From the NCBI GenBank assembly GCA_029938555.1, contig JAOZUR010000006.1:10425-74424 (forward strand): a stretch of 64,000 nt of DNA. The letters run 5' to 3'. This DNA is from Candidatus Sabulitectum sp. (GTDB taxonomy: Bacteria > Fermentibacterota > Fermentibacteria > Fermentibacterales > JCC-6). The position numbers and the translations under genes were made by a program. This document shows, in pieces, positions 31,801 to 40,842 of the stretch. The notes beneath the pieces were generated by a model. The model was given only the letters and a program-made list of their open reading frames with translations, searched no databases and had not been told where the DNA came from. Position 1 is the stretch's first letter; every line of letters begins with the position of its first letter.

Positions 31801-32690
31801 ACACTATTTCTATCATTACGCGGTTCAAGGAATTTAACAATATTAATACCAAGCTCTAAAAGTTTTTCAAGTTTCTCTACGCTTTCAACCGGTTCATCAC
31901 AACGATAAATAATTTCCCCGGTTTCCTTGTCGATAATATCTTCAGCAAAAGACTTATGAATAATTTCTGAAACTTTTGACTGTCTTTTGATAACAGTAGT
32001 TAAATCTTTTTCTGTTACTGGATAAAAACAAGCAAGAATCTCGGCTTCTGAACTAAGTCCAAGAGCACGCAAAAGCATTGTAATAGGAATACGCTTTGGC
32101 TTTTTATCAATGTTTGCAAAAACAACATCATTAGAATCAAGTGTTAAATCAAGCCAAGAACCCTTTTGTGGAATAACACGGGCAGTACAAATCCTGCGGC
32201 CACGTTGCTGTGTTTTTTCTTCAAAGAAAACACCAGGACTTCTGTGAAGCTGACTTACAATAACTCGCTCTGCACCGTTTATTATAAATGATCCATTTTC
32301 CGTCATTTGTGGTAATTCACCAAGGAAAGTACCTTGATCAACGGCCATTTTCATAACTAGAGTCTCAGGATCTCTGGTTACAAGTCGCATTGTAGCATTA
32401 AGTGGTGCGGAATATGTTACGCCTCGCTCAACAGCTTCGCGTTTTGAGTGTTTTGGACGACCGATATCGTATCCAACATACTCCAGAGAGAATTCTTTTG
32501 TGGAACTCTCAATGGGAAAAGTGTCTATTAAAATCTTATGAAGGCCCTGGGGAAGCCTTTCCTCAGCTTTAACGTCAATCTGAAGAAAATTATCGAACGA
32601 TTCCTTCTGTACCCTCAATAAATCAGGAACCCTGATCGCGGGTTTAACCCGAGAAAAATTCCTCATAGGTCTCGCTTTTTTCACTGCCAC
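28872..32690 (-). CDS. rpoB: DNA-directed RNA polymerase subunit beta
   Basis: 1272 aa containing GLITTLSVYA, GDKMAGRHGNKGVVS and MEVWALEAYGA. The start is uncertain: GTG at 32690, GTG at 32684, or ATG at 32666. Confidence 0.95.
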   Translation of the reverse strand: MAVKKARPMRNFSRVKPAIRVPDLLRVQKESFDNFLQIDVKAEERLPQGLHKILIDTFPIESSTKEFSLEYVGYDIGRPKHSKREAVERGVTYSAPLNATMRLVTRDPETLVMKMAVDQGTFLGELPQMTENGSFIINGAERVIVSQLHRSPGVFFEEKTQQRGRRICTARVIPQKGSWLDLTLDSNDVVFANIDKKPKRIPITMLLRALGLSSEAEILACFYPVTEKDLTTVIKRQSKVSEIIHKSFAEDIIDKETGEIIYRCDEPVESVEKLEKLLELGINIVKFLEPRNDRNSVDSIRRTLAKEESALGAGIEKSEASATMWIYEALRGTDAPSLDHARSYLRSMFFDSKRYSLSEVGRYKLNERLNINTSMDKLTLTVPDLVAIVDSLIRLREGKNVSDDIDHLGNRRVKTVGELLGQEFSKGLARMARTIKDRMGQQDREKLRPQDLVNSRTLSSVINSFFGQSQLSQFMEQTNPLAELTHKRRTSALGEGGLTRERAGFDVRDVHHTHYGRVCPVETPEGPNIGLITTLSVYASINRFGFLETPYRRVINGKITNEVSFLSADKEDRTIVAEADSIVDQDNQLVGPLVRARKAGAFPMVTPDEVQYIDVSPMQLVGLSAALIPFLEHDDANRALMGSNMQRQAVPLLFTDDPVVGTGMEDIAARDSGALVIATRDGVITWVDAAKIIIKADGDEYDFDRDDIYKLRKFERSNQDTCVNQKPLVSVGDIVKKGDILADGMATKNGRLAIGVNALVAFTPWNGYNFEDAIVVSERVVKDDTFTSVHIVELETQFRETKLGPEELTYDLPNATEKSEAMRNLNENGIVRVGSRIRAGDILVGKVSPKGEQDLSPEERLIRAIFGKRASDVKDTSLKAPVGMSGIVVDVKVYSRRDDTERGRREIESRVDALRAERAENEKRLFDNRNSMLRSVLTGEKAATFIDGVTGEQLIPEGRKITITFLKKVDFTDLDFNRQLVEDLVIDDRARRILRSAESKLKDLNDKYQDIEDRLHRGDELKPGVTRLVKVYVAKRRKLRIGDKMAGRHGNKGVVSIIVPEEDMPYLPDGTPVDICLNPLGVPSRMNVGQIMETNLGMAAAELGINAITPVFDSVNNQVIGDLLEEAGLHRDGKTVLYDGRTGDPFDQRVTVGRMYMLKLAHQVEDKIHARSTGPYAMVTQQPLGGKAQNGGQRLGEMEVWALEAYGASHCLQEMLTIKSDDVDGRTEAYKAIVHGRNVETRGTPEAFNVLLSEMRSLALDVELDMTEERER

Positions 32691-32764
32691 TCCTCTACAC
32701 TGCTCCTGTACCGAAATAAGCTAATTAGCGGTATGCCACGAATTTCTCACCAGTACTAGTTAAG

Positions 32765-32825
32765 ACCCGGTAAGAAATCCGGGTATTATGGGCTGAAAGC
32801 GGAAGGAGCAGTACTCTCCTCCCGC
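32765..32825 (-). promoter_or_regulatory. Two hairpins in the rplL-rpoB intergenic region (candidate attenuator)
   Basis: ACCCGG-n8-CCGGGT at 32765-32784. GCGGAAGGAG-cagtac-TCTCCTCCCGC at 32799-32825, which on the minus strand is followed by UUU. An attenuator at this position is classical in the rplKAJL-rpoBC operon. Confidence 0.4.
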
Positions 32826-32848
32826 AGTCAGTTTATGTAACTCGATAT

Positions 32849-33223
32849 CTATTTAAGAACAGCGGTTGCACCAGCTTCTTCAAGCTGCTTCTTTACCTCT
32901 TCTGCTTCTGGTTTCTCAACGCCTTCTTTGATCTTTGAAGGAACGTTGTCTACAAGATCCTTGGCTTCTTTGAGGCCAAGACCTGTAAGCTCACGGACAA
33001 CTTTGATAACTTTGATCTTTTTGGCGCCAAAGTTTTCAAGAACAACATCAAATTCGCTCTGCTCTTCAACTGCATCAGCAGGTCCTGCTGCAACTGCTAC
33101 GGCTGCAGGAGCTGCAGCTGAAACACCGAACTTGTCTTCCATTTCTTTAACAAGGTCAGCAAGTTCAAGAACTGTCATGTTAGAGATAGCCTCGATCACC
33201 GCGGCCTTTCTATCTTCACTCAT
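32849..33223 (-). CDS. rplL: 50S ribosomal protein L7/L12
   Basis: An Ala-rich hinge is followed by [23 protein letters not shown]. Confidence 0.95.
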   Translation of the reverse strand: MSEDRKAAVIEAISNMTVLELADLVKEMEDKFGVSAAAPAAVAVAAGPADAVEEQSEFDVVLENFGAKKIKVIKVVRELTGLGLKEAKDLVDNVPSKIKEGVEKPEAEEVKKQLEEAGATAVLK

Positions 33224-33277
33224 CTTATTTCCTCCATACTTCGCGGAATTCTGATAAATTCCGTGTTATAGTTCAAG

Positions 33278-33808
33278 TTATTCTTTGCTTTCGCTTATAG
33301 CATTAACAGCATAAAGGAACTTTCTGATAATACCGCTGGTAACCATGACAAATCCCTGTAGTGGTGAATTCATTGAACCAACCACACGGGCAAGCAGCTC
33401 TTCTTTACTTGGCATATCAGCAAGGCTGATAACTTCATCTGCACTGAAAGTTCTTCCAGATACGAATCCGCCTTTCATAACAAGTAAACCTTTATGAGCC
33501 TTAGAAAATGCCTTGATGATTCTTGCAGGTGCAACTTCATCTTCGCTATAGGCAATAGCTGTTGGTCCATTAAGAAGACCAAATATCTCTTCCTCTGGTT
33601 TGATTCCGACTTCTTCGAATGCACGCCTGAGAAGAGTATTTTTTACTATAGTGAAAACAATTCCAGCTTCACGCATCTGAATGCGAAGTTCTGTAATGTC
33701 TTCAACATTGATCCCTGTAAAATCAGCCAGTACAACTGAACCTGACTCACCTATGCCTCCATGAAGATCGGAGACTACGACTTCTTTTTTACTTCTCGTA
33801 ATACTCAT
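33278..33808 (-). CDS. rplJ: 50S ribosomal protein L10
   Basis: 176 aa, with FTGINVEDITELRIQMREAG and the expected operon position. Confidence 0.9.
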   Translation of the reverse strand: MSITRSKKEVVVSDLHGGIGESGSVVLADFTGINVEDITELRIQMREAGIVFTIVKNTLLRRAFEEVGIKPEEEIFGLLNGPTAIAYSEDEVAPARIIKAFSKAHKGLLVMKGGFVSGRTFSADEVISLADMPSKEELLARVVGSMNSPLQGFVMVTSGIIRKFLYAVNAISESKE

Positions 33809-33823
33809 TGCCGTAACTCCTTT

Positions 33824-34534
33824 CTATCTAAGCGCTCTAAGCAATGCGCGGATATCATTGATATCAAGACGAATGCCTGGGCCCATTGTTGAGGATACGG
33901 AAATATTTTTCAGGTAACGACCCTTAACGGAAGCTGGTCGAAGCTGAATAACCTTTTCCATAAAAGTAAGTATGTTTTCGCGGAGTGCAACGGCTTCAAA
34001 GTTAGCTTTTCCAACAGGAACATGAACATTTCCAGTTTTATCTACTCGGAAACTAATCTTGCCTGCTTTAGCATCTTTAACAGCAGTTCCAACTTCCATT
34101 GTAACTGTTCCTGTTTTCGGGTTAGGCATAAGGCCTCTAGGTCCTAGTACGCGACCTAATTTACCAACCACACCCATCATGTCAGGAGAAGCGATAACAA
34201 CGTCAAAATCAAGCCATCCAGCTGTGATTTTCTTAGCTGTTTCCTCGTCACCGATGAAATCAGCTCCAGCTGCTTTTGCCTCTTCAGCTTTGTCACCTCT
34301 GGCGAATGCAAGTACCCTGACAACCTTACCAGTGCCATGTGGAAGCATGCATGTACCACGAACAACCTGGTCACTGTACTTTGGATCAACCCCAAGGTTA
34401 CAGGCAACCTCCACTGTTTCTACAAATTTTGCAGTGGCTAATTCTCTGATAGCATTTACAGTCTCTTCGAGAGTGTAACTTTTATCTCTGTCCACTGATT
34501 CCAAGACTTTTGCAAATCTCTTGCTTTTAGCCAT
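33824..34534 (-). CDS. rplA: 50S ribosomal protein L1
   Basis: [34 protein letters not shown]... Confidence 0.95.
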   Translation of the reverse strand: MAKSKRFAKVLESVDRDKSYTLEETVNAIRELATAKFVETVEVACNLGVDPKYSDQVVRGTCMLPHGTGKVVRVLAFARGDKAEEAKAAGADFIGDEETAKKITAGWLDFDVVIASPDMMGVVGKLGRVLGPRGLMPNPKTGTVTMEVGTAVKDAKAGKISFRVDKTGNVHVPVGKANFEAVALRENILTFMEKVIQLRPASVKGRYLKNISVSSTMGPGIRLDINDIRALLRALR

Positions 34535-34955
34535 CCACCACCTCCAGACCCATGCTGCGAGCGGTGCCTGCTATCATTCTGATAGCTGCATCCTCTGACG
34601 CTGCATTCAGGTCTTTATCTTTCAGCTTAGCGATCTCACGACACTGTTCAACAGTGACAGTTCCAACCTTTTCGCGGTTGGATTCAGCAGATCCCTTTGC
34701 CAACCCAGCTGCCCGTTTCAAAAGTATTGAAGCAGGGGGGGACTTGAGTATGAAGGTAAAGCTTCTGTCTTTATAGACAGTGACTACCGCAGGAATAATA
34801 AGACCTTCTTTGCCCTGGGTGCGAGCATTGAAGTCCTTACAGAAACCGGCCAGATTTATACCATACTGACCGAGAGCTGGGCCAACCGGAGGTGCCGGTG
34901 TAGCCTTGCCTGCAGGAAGTTGAAGCTTTACCACGCCCAAGATTTTCTTGGCCAT
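34527..34955 (-). CDS. rplK: 50S ribosomal protein L11
   Basis: [25 protein letters not shown]... Confidence 0.95.
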   Translation of the reverse strand: MAKKILGVVKLQLPAGKATPAPPVGPALGQYGINLAGFCKDFNARTQGKEGLIIPAVVTVYKDRSFTFILKSPPASILLKRAAGLAKGSAESNREKVGTVTVEQCREIAKLKDKDLNAASEDAAIRMIAGTARSMGLEVVDG

Positions 34956-34970
34956 GGTTACTCCTTTCTG

Positions 34971-35002
34971 CTGCTTACCCCTCCCCTTACTGGGGTTAGC
35001 AG
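34971..35002 (-). promoter_or_regulatory. Hairpin in the rplK 5' leader, downstream of nusG
   Basis: CTGCTTACCCC-n10-GGGGTTAGCAG (one mismatch) ends about 15 nt upstream of the rplK ATG. It could be an L1 autoregulatory mimic or a nusG terminator; either function is inferred. Confidence 0.3.
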
Positions 35003-35050
35003 TAGTTTACCGGATATTTTATAAACAGATCCAAGAGTTCCGGTGTACCC

Positions 35051-35653
35051 CTAGACCATTCTTACTTGTTTGTAATCAATTTCAACAGGAGCTTTTCTAC
35101 CGAAGATTGTGAAAATAATCTTTACTTTTCCACGCTCTGCATTAATATGTTCTACAACCCCTGTGAAATTTCTGAATGGCCCATCAGTTACTCTGACTGA
35201 CTGACCAACTTTAAACTGAATTCGAACAATTTTCTTCTCAGAGTCACCGGTTGTCTGACCTTGAATTCTATTCATGTCTGGACCGGTTAATGGAACTGGT
35301 TTACCCCTATTCATAGGAGGGAAACCACTTACATTGTTCATTGCGCGAATATCCATAATAATTTCATCGCTAATTTCAAGCTCAACAAAAACATAACCTG
35401 GATATAGTTTTTTCTCTCTAATGTATTCTTTGCCGTTGCGCCTATGAGTAATATCCTCGGTGGGAACCAGTGTTTTACCTATACGGCCTGGGTATCTGCG
35501 CAAAAGTTGCCCTTCAAGGAATTTAGCAACTTTCTGCTCATATCCTGAAAAAGAGTGTACTACATACCACTTAAAATTTTGATTTTTCTGATCAGACTCA
35601 GCACCGATTTCGGCTGCTTCTATACCTGAATTCTCCAGCACTTCAACAGTCAT
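35051..35653 (-). CDS. nusG: Transcription termination/antitermination factor NusG
   Basis: WYVVHSFSGYEQKV (NGN domain) and VRVTDGPFRNFTGVVEHI (KOW domain). Confidence 0.9.
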   Translation of the reverse strand: MTVEVLENSGIEAAEIGAESDQKNQNFKWYVVHSFSGYEQKVAKFLEGQLLRRYPGRIGKTLVPTEDITHRRNGKEYIREKKLYPGYVFVELEISDEIIMDIRAMNNVSGFPPMNRGKPVPLTGPDMNRIQGQTTGDSEKKIVRIQFKVGQSVRVTDGPFRNFTGVVEHINAERGKVKIIFTIFGRKAPVEIDYKQVRMV

Positions 35654-35679
35654 CGTATGCCTTTCTCTGAATATTCCAG

Positions 35680-35916
35680 TTAACCCAGAAGTCTAACTAG
35701 ACCCGCCATGGTCATTGCTGTGAATTGGTCAACAACAAAAATCCAGATTGCCACAATAACCACTGCACCAATCACGACCCAAGTTGAAGATATCGTTTCC
35801 TCACGACTAGGCCATGCAACTTTTATCATTTCGGCTTTTACTTCTCCGAAAAAAACTGCGATAGTCTCCCATAATCGAATGAAAAGATTACCACTTTTTG
35901 CAGTTTTTGCGGCCAT
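35680..35916 (-). CDS. secE: Preprotein translocase subunit SecE
   Basis: FFGEVKAEMIKVAWPSREE followed by a single TM helix. I placed the start at ATG 35914-35916, preceded by AAGGA. The longer ORF-track start would overlap tRNA-Trp. Confidence 0.8.
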   Translation of the reverse strand: MAAKTAKSGNLFIRLWETIAVFFGEVKAEMIKVAWPSREETISSTWVVIGAVVIVAIWIFVVDQFTAMTMAGLVRLLG

Positions 35917-35961
35917 TTTCCGTCCTTTCGGCATAAATGCCATACTGTAATGAAGAGAGGC

Positions 35962-36037
35962 TGGCAGGGCAGGAAGGACTTGAACCCTCAACCTCCGGAT
36001 TTGGAGTCCGGCGCACTGCCAATTGTGCTACTGCCCT
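35962..36037 (-). tRNA. tRNA-Trp (CCA)
   Basis: Hand-folded cloverleaf: AGGGCAG/CTGCCCT acceptor stem, CCGGA-CTCCAAA-TCCGG anticodon arm, GAGGG-TTCAAGT-CCTTC T-arm, and an encoded CCA. Confidence 0.85.
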
Positions 36038-36074
36038 GCGACCACTCTTCTTTTTCCATCAGTACCGTCTGTGT

Positions 36075-36227
36075 CTATTTGCCTTCTCGGTGCAGAGTAT
36101 GCTTTCTGCAGAAGCGACAGTACTTCTTGAGCTCCATCCGTTCAGGATGAGTTCTCTTATTCTTAGTAGTGGTGTAGTTTCTACGCTTGCACTCTGTACA
36201 TGCCAGTGTTGATATTATTCTCACCAT
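36075..36227 (-). CDS. rpmG: 50S ribosomal protein L33 (not in the ORF track)
   Basis: Hand translation gives [50 protein letters not shown] (50 aa, CxxC...CxxC). It holds the classical tuf-rpmG-tRNA-Trp-secE position. Confidence 0.85.
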   Translation of the reverse strand: MVRIISTLACTECKRRNYTTTKNKRTHPERMELKKYCRFCRKHTLHREGK

Positions 36228-36231
36228 TAAC

Positions 36232-37428
36232 CTACTTTAGTATTTTTGTAACCACTCCGGCACCAACAGTGCGTCCACCTTCGCGAATAGCGAAACGGAG
36301 GCCCTCTTCCATAGCGATCGGAGTAATAAGTTCAACGTTCATTTTTACATTGTCACCAGGCATAATCATTTCCATACCTTCAGGAAGGCTAATGGCTCCA
36401 GTAACATCAGTTGTACGGAAGTAGAACTGAGGTCTGTAACCGTTAAAGAATGGTTTGTGACGACCACCTTCCTTCTTGCTGAGGATGTATACTTCGCCCT
36501 CAAAAGTTGTGTGAGGCAAAATTGAACCGGGCTTGGCAATAACCTGACCGCGCTCGATCTCATCTTTAGCAACACCTCTAAGAAGAAGACCAACATTGTC
36601 TCCTGCCTGTCCGTCATCAAGGATCTTACGGAACATCTCTACACCAGTACAAACTGTAGGACGGGTTTCACGAATTCCTACAAGTTCAATCTTATCCTGT
36701 GTATGTACAACTCCGCGTTCAATACGACCGGTTGCAACAGTTCCACGACCAGGAATAGAGAAAACATCTTCTACAGGCATAAGGAAAGGTTTGTCTGTAT
36801 CACGCTCTGGAGTTGGGATCCATGTATCAACAGCTTCCATAAGCTCGTAGATGCAAGCAGCATCTGGATCATCAGGAGTTCCTGAGCTGTTAAGAGCTTT
36901 AAGGGCTGAACCACGAATGATTGGGCTATCTTCTTCGAACTGGTACTTTTCAAGAAGTTCCTGAACTTCCATCTCTACAAGTTCAACAAGCTCATCATCA
37001 TCAACCATATCAACTTTGTTAAGGAAAACAACGATTCTAGGAACATTCACTTGGCGAGCAAGAAGAACATGCTCTTGTGTCTGTGCCATAACACCATCAT
37101 TTGCACCAATAACAAGAATTGCGCCATCCATCTGGGCAGCACCTGTGATCATATTTTTGATGTAATCTGCGTGACCAGGACAATCAACATGAGCATAATG
37201 TCTGTTTTCTGTCTGGTACTCCTGGTGAGAAGTCGCAATTGTAATACCGCGTGCTTTTTCTTCAGGCGCATTATCGATCTGATCGAATGCTACAAATTTA
37301 ACATCTTTGTTCTGTGTTGCGAGGCATTTGGTGATTGCCGCGGTAAGAGTTGTCTTACCGTGATCAATGTGACCAATTGTACCCACATTCACATGGGGCT
37401 TAGTCCTCTCAAATTTTTCTTTGGCCAT
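36232..37428 (-). CDS. tuf: Elongation factor Tu
   Basis: [33 protein letters not shown]... Confidence 0.97.
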   Translation of the reverse strand: MAKEKFERTKPHVNVGTIGHIDHGKTTLTAAITKCLATQNKDVKFVAFDQIDNAPEEKARGITIATSHQEYQTENRHYAHVDCPGHADYIKNMITGAAQMDGAILVIGANDGVMAQTQEHVLLARQVNVPRIVVFLNKVDMVDDDELVELVEMEVQELLEKYQFEEDSPIIRGSALKALNSSGTPDDPDAACIYELMEAVDTWIPTPERDTDKPFLMPVEDVFSIPGRGTVATGRIERGVVHTQDKIELVGIRETRPTVCTGVEMFRKILDDGQAGDNVGLLLRGVAKDEIERGQVIAKPGSILPHTTFEGEVYILSKKEGGRHKPFFNGYRPQFYFRTTDVTGAISLPEGMEMIMPGDNVKMNVELITPIAMEEGLRFAIREGGRTVGAGVVTKILK

Positions 37429-37508
37429 GAGCTACTCCTACTCTCGGCAAGGGTTTCAGTAATCCAACTGTCAGTTTACTCTTAAAAACATCGCACACAA
37501 TGGTTTTC

Positions 37509-37584
<76 letters not shown>

Positions 37585-37617
37585 AACAAAAACCTGAATA
37601 CGGTCTCCATACGATTC

Positions 37618-37693
37618 TGGAGCGGGAGACGAGCCTCGAACTCGCGACCCTCAGCTTGGAAGGCTGATGCTCTGCCAACTGAGCTACTCCCGC
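37618..37693 (-). tRNA. tRNA-Gly (TCC)
   Basis: The reverse complement starts GCGGGAGTAGCTCAGTTGGCAGAGCATCAGCCTTCCAAGCTGAGG..., with anticodon loop CTTCCAA. Confidence 0.85.
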
Positions 37694-37702
37694 TCGGAAT
37701 CG

Positions 37703-37788
37703 TGGTGGCGAGGGGTGGATTTGAACCACCGAAGGCATACGCCAACAGATTTACAGTCTGCCCCCTTTGACCACTCGGGAACCTCGCC
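37703..37788 (-). tRNA. tRNA-Tyr (GTA), long variable arm
   Basis: The reverse complement starts GGCGAGGTTCCCGAGTGGTCAAAGGGGGCAGACTGTAAATCTGTTGGCGTATGCCTTCGGTGGTTCAAATCC..., with anticodon GTA. Confidence 0.85.
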
Positions 37789-37832
37789 ACTATTCCTTTA
37801 TGTAGTAACGCTTTCGCGCTTTCATTTCATCC

Positions 37833-37908
37833 TGGAGCTGGCGATGGGACTTGAACCCGCAACCTGCTGATTACAAATCAGCTGCTCTACCAATTGAGCC
37901 ACGCCAGC
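37833..37908 (-). tRNA. tRNA-Thr (TGT)
   Basis: The reverse complement starts GCTGGCGTGGCTCAATTGGTAGAGCAGCTGATTTGTAATCAGCAGGTTGCGGGTTCAAGTCC..., with anticodon TGT. Confidence 0.85.
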
Positions 37909-37919
37909 TCGGGACAGCG

Positions 37920-37948
37920 ATAATACTAAACACGTCGTAAGTCGTCAA
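37920..37948 (-). promoter_or_regulatory. Putative sigma70-type promoter of the tRNA-tuf operon
   Basis: On the minus strand: TTGACG (37943-37948), a 17-nt spacer, TATTAT (37920-37925), then 11 nt to the first tRNA 5' end. Confidence 0.45.
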
Positions 37949-38050
37949 CCCTGAAAGAGCTTAAAAGTGTGTACCTGTTGACGAGAGACTTATTTATTCA
38001 TAATTGAAGCATACTGAACACTTATTTTTTTGACAGGAGTTTGAAACAAC

Positions 38051-38896
38051 ATGAATAAAAATATTTTGCCTTTTCTGACCATACTTATTGTTTTCCTGAT
38101 GCTTTTCTTTTCTTGTGGTAAATCAAATTCTCTACCTGAACTACATCTAGTTCCCGGTACAGCTCTATTACATCTTCATTTTGAGAACGGGCTTAATTCC
38201 AATGTGACATCCCTTGCCAGCCATCATGTAGAAGGTTTTGTACTCGCTGACTCTCTGCTTAAAAAAGGTCCTATTGGATTGTCTCTTGTGGGTATAGATA
38301 TTTCAACATTAAACCCACAACTTTTAATTCTCACGCAGAATGCTACAATTGAGTATGCAACAGCTCTTGCTGCAAGAGTTCTGGACCTAAACCCAAGGCA
38401 GGAAGATAACCGTGTTGATCTAATTTCAGAAGTTGGGTATGCACAGGCCTCTGTTACTCAGCGAGATGGTTGGACTGCAATTTACGTTGGCCCTGCGCCA
38501 CATATAACCATTGGAAACTGGCTGGATCTTGATAAAGACAATTCTCTTGCAGCGGACACTGCCCTTGCTAAGGTTATTCCCGAAAGCCAACACGTTACTG
38601 TTCTCTTTCCCGGTAACCTATTCGCATTTCTTTCAATGTTACCCCTTGAAAGGCAAATCCCATGGTGGAGCAACTACAAAGAAGTAACTTCAATAATCAG
38701 ACCTTCTGCATTATCTTTATGGATCACATGGCCGGAAGCTCAAGCTGAAGAACCTGTTTTTGCAGGTATTATGCTTGCAAGAAAAGATGGCGGTGTGACG
38801 ACAATGGACATCTCTATATCTGACACTCAAATCAGCACAGATAGCTCTTTTGCCCTACTGCTGGATATTGGTGAAAGGATGCTTATTAATGAATAA
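38051..38896 (+). CDS. Lipoprotein of unknown function
   Basis: Signal peptide with lipobox (LMLFFSCGKS). I recognise no family. Its stop overlaps the start of the next gene. Confidence 0.6.
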   Translation: MNKNILPFLTILIVFLMLFFSCGKSNSLPELHLVPGTALLHLHFENGLNSNVTSLASHHVEGFVLADSLLKKGPIGLSLVGIDISTLNPQLLILTQNATIEYATALAARVLDLNPRQEDNRVDLISEVGYAQASVTQRDGWTAIYVGPAPHITIGNWLDLDKDNSLAADTALAKVIPESQHVTVLFPGNLFAFLSMLPLERQIPWWSNYKEVTSIIRPSALSLWITWPEAQAEEPVFAGIMLARKDGGVTTMDISISDTQISTDSSFALLLDIGERMLINE

Positions 38897-39560
38897 TTAT
38901 TTGATACACGCTCAGTCTATATGTAAATCTTTTCAACAATTGAAAGTTCTCGATAACGCCGATTTCACTTTATCTAAAGGTGAATTTGTGGCAATAACCG
39001 GGAAAAGTGGTGTGGGTAAGTCAACTCTACTGGGTATACTGGGCGGTCTTGACCCTGAATTTCAAGGCAAACTACTGGTGAATGAAATAGATATAACAAG
39101 AACATCCTCTGCTGAACTATCAAAAATCAGAAGAGAATTCCTTGGTTTTATTTTTCAGGATTTTCACCTACTGCCAAATCTAAATGCCTTTGATAATGTT
39201 CTTCTTCCAGCTATTTTTAGCGGTACAGATACCCAAAAGGTAAGGGATGAAGCGTCTGTTATACTTTCCAAACTGAATCTCAGGAATGATAATACAGCAA
39301 CTAAATTGCTTTCAAGAGGCGAAAGGCAGCGGGTTGCAACAGCCAGGGCTCTTGTGAATAATCCCAGGGTTTTGCTGGCGGATGAGCCAACTGCAAGCCT
39401 TGACGAGGATAGCGAGGAAAATCTTTTTGATCTTTTAGATTCTCTTCGCGAAGAAAGAGGTTTTGCAATTATCGCTGTATTACATTCAAAAAACATATTA
39501 TCTAGAGCTGATAGAGTTATCGAGCTAAAAAGAGGAGTTCTTAATGAAAAACACTCATAA
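38889..39560 (+). CDS. ABC transporter ATP-binding protein (MacB/LolD-like)
   Basis: Walker A GKSGVGKST, signature LSRGERQRVA, Walker B LLADEPT. I placed the start at MNNYLIHAQS (ATG 38889), overlapping the upstream stop. Confidence 0.85.
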   Translation: MNNYLIHAQSICKSFQQLKVLDNADFTLSKGEFVAITGKSGVGKSTLLGILGGLDPEFQGKLLVNEIDITRTSSAELSKIRREFLGFIFQDFHLLPNLNAFDNVLLPAIFSGTDTQKVRDEASVILSKLNLRNDNTATKLLSRGERQRVATARALVNNPRVLLADEPTASLDEDSEENLFDLLDSLREERGFAIIAVLHSKNILSRADRVIELKRGVLNEKHS

Positions 39561-40827
39561 AGCAATTAAACTCTGGAACAAAGGGCACTGGAAAGATTAT
39601 TTGTTCAGCCAAGGCATGCTTCTTGTGGCCTCTCTGCTTCTTGTTTTCTTCATATCCATCGGTTTGGGTGTAGGTAATATTTTACAAAGATTTCTCTCTT
39701 CTGATCTTCCAGAAGAGCAGGTTCGCATCACTCCACTGGGTGTTCAAGCAGGTACTTTTCAAACGGAAAGAGGTGGCACAGAGCTCACTTCTGCTATTCT
39801 TGATTCACTGTCTGCATTGCCTGAAGTGGATCGAATAGACCCTCAGGTATACGCACATGTTCCAGCTTACCTTAGAGGGTTGCTGGCAGGGCGTAACTAC
39901 TACACAGATATCTCTCTTGAAGGTGTGACCACTGCCTTTGTACCCGATTCTATGCTTCAGCACATCGATTGGAATTACACCCTGAGTGATAGTGCCGAAA
40001 AACCTCTTCCTATTATTCTAAGCGAGAATTTGCTAATTGTTTACAATGCCGGATTCGCAGAATCTAATGGGCTCATGGGTCTAACTCCTGAAGGTGTTAT
40101 AGGCCTTGAGGTTCAAGTTAATGTAGGTAGCAGTTCGTTGGCTTCACTTCAAGAACGACCTGTTACAGTTCGAGCAGAAATAGTAGGCACTTCAAGAAAT
40201 GTAGCTCTGTTTGCTCTTGCTGTTCCAATCGAATTTGTGGAAGAAATAAACGCAAAATACCTACCTGATGATCAACACACATACAGTGCTTTAATAGTCA
40301 CAGCCCACAAAGCCGAAGATGTACCGGTAATTGTTCGATACGCAGAGGAATTAGGGCTTTCAGCAGAAACTCGTCGTGGCATAGCCCAGAAGGCAGAAAT
40401 CCTTGTTGGTGTGGTGACAGCGGCACTTGGAGCGCTTGCAGCGGCCATTCTGTTTTCTGCAGTTGCAAGTGCTATTCATACCCTTGTGGCTGATCTGAAA
40501 AACAGATCTTATGCGCTTGGTGTTTTAGTTGCTCTTGGAACAAAGCGTGAAAGGCTGGTTTATATTTTTGCCTTTCAAATATTCTTCATGTCATTAATTA
40601 GTACCATTTTAGGTGGGTTACTAGGGTGTGGTTTATCATTCCTTGTAAGCTCAACTCTTCTAAACTTATTACCTGTACTGAAAATGGCAGTAACCACACT
40701 GGCAGTATATCCCATTGGCTGGCTTTCAGCAGGGCTGGGGCTTGTACTTATTGCTTCCACAGTATCAGCTTGGTTCTTTTTCAAAAAGATACTGGGAACG
40801 CCTGTAACAGAACTATTAAGACGATAA
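39544..40827 (+). CDS. ABC transporter permease, FtsX/MacB type
   Basis: One N-terminal TM helix, a periplasmic domain of about 240 aa, and three C-terminal TM helices, matching FtsX/MacB topology. Confidence 0.75.
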   Translation: MKNTHKAIKLWNKGHWKDYLFSQGMLLVASLLLVFFISIGLGVGNILQRFLSSDLPEEQVRITPLGVQAGTFQTERGGTELTSAILDSLSALPEVDRIDPQVYAHVPAYLRGLLAGRNYYTDISLEGVTTAFVPDSMLQHIDWNYTLSDSAEKPLPIILSENLLIVYNAGFAESNGLMGLTPEGVIGLEVQVNVGSSSLASLQERPVTVRAEIVGTSRNVALFALAVPIEFVEEINAKYLPDDQHTYSALIVTAHKAEDVPVIVRYAEELGLSAETRRGIAQKAEILVGVVTAALGALAAAILFSAVASAIHTLVADLKNRSYALGVLVALGTKRERLVYIFAFQIFFMSLISTILGGLLGCGLSFLVSSTLLNLLPVLKMAVTTLAVYPIGWLSAGLGLVLIASTVSAWFFFKKILGTPVTELLRR

Positions 40828-40842
40828 ACATCGGAGTATAAA

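Noticed and set aside
35937-36212. ORFs 35937-36212 and 35950-36150 (plus strand), and the long upstream extension of the secE ORF to 35991
   Set aside because: They overlap tRNA-Trp and the hand-identified rpmG on the opposite strand. The extended secE start would read through the tRNA gene.
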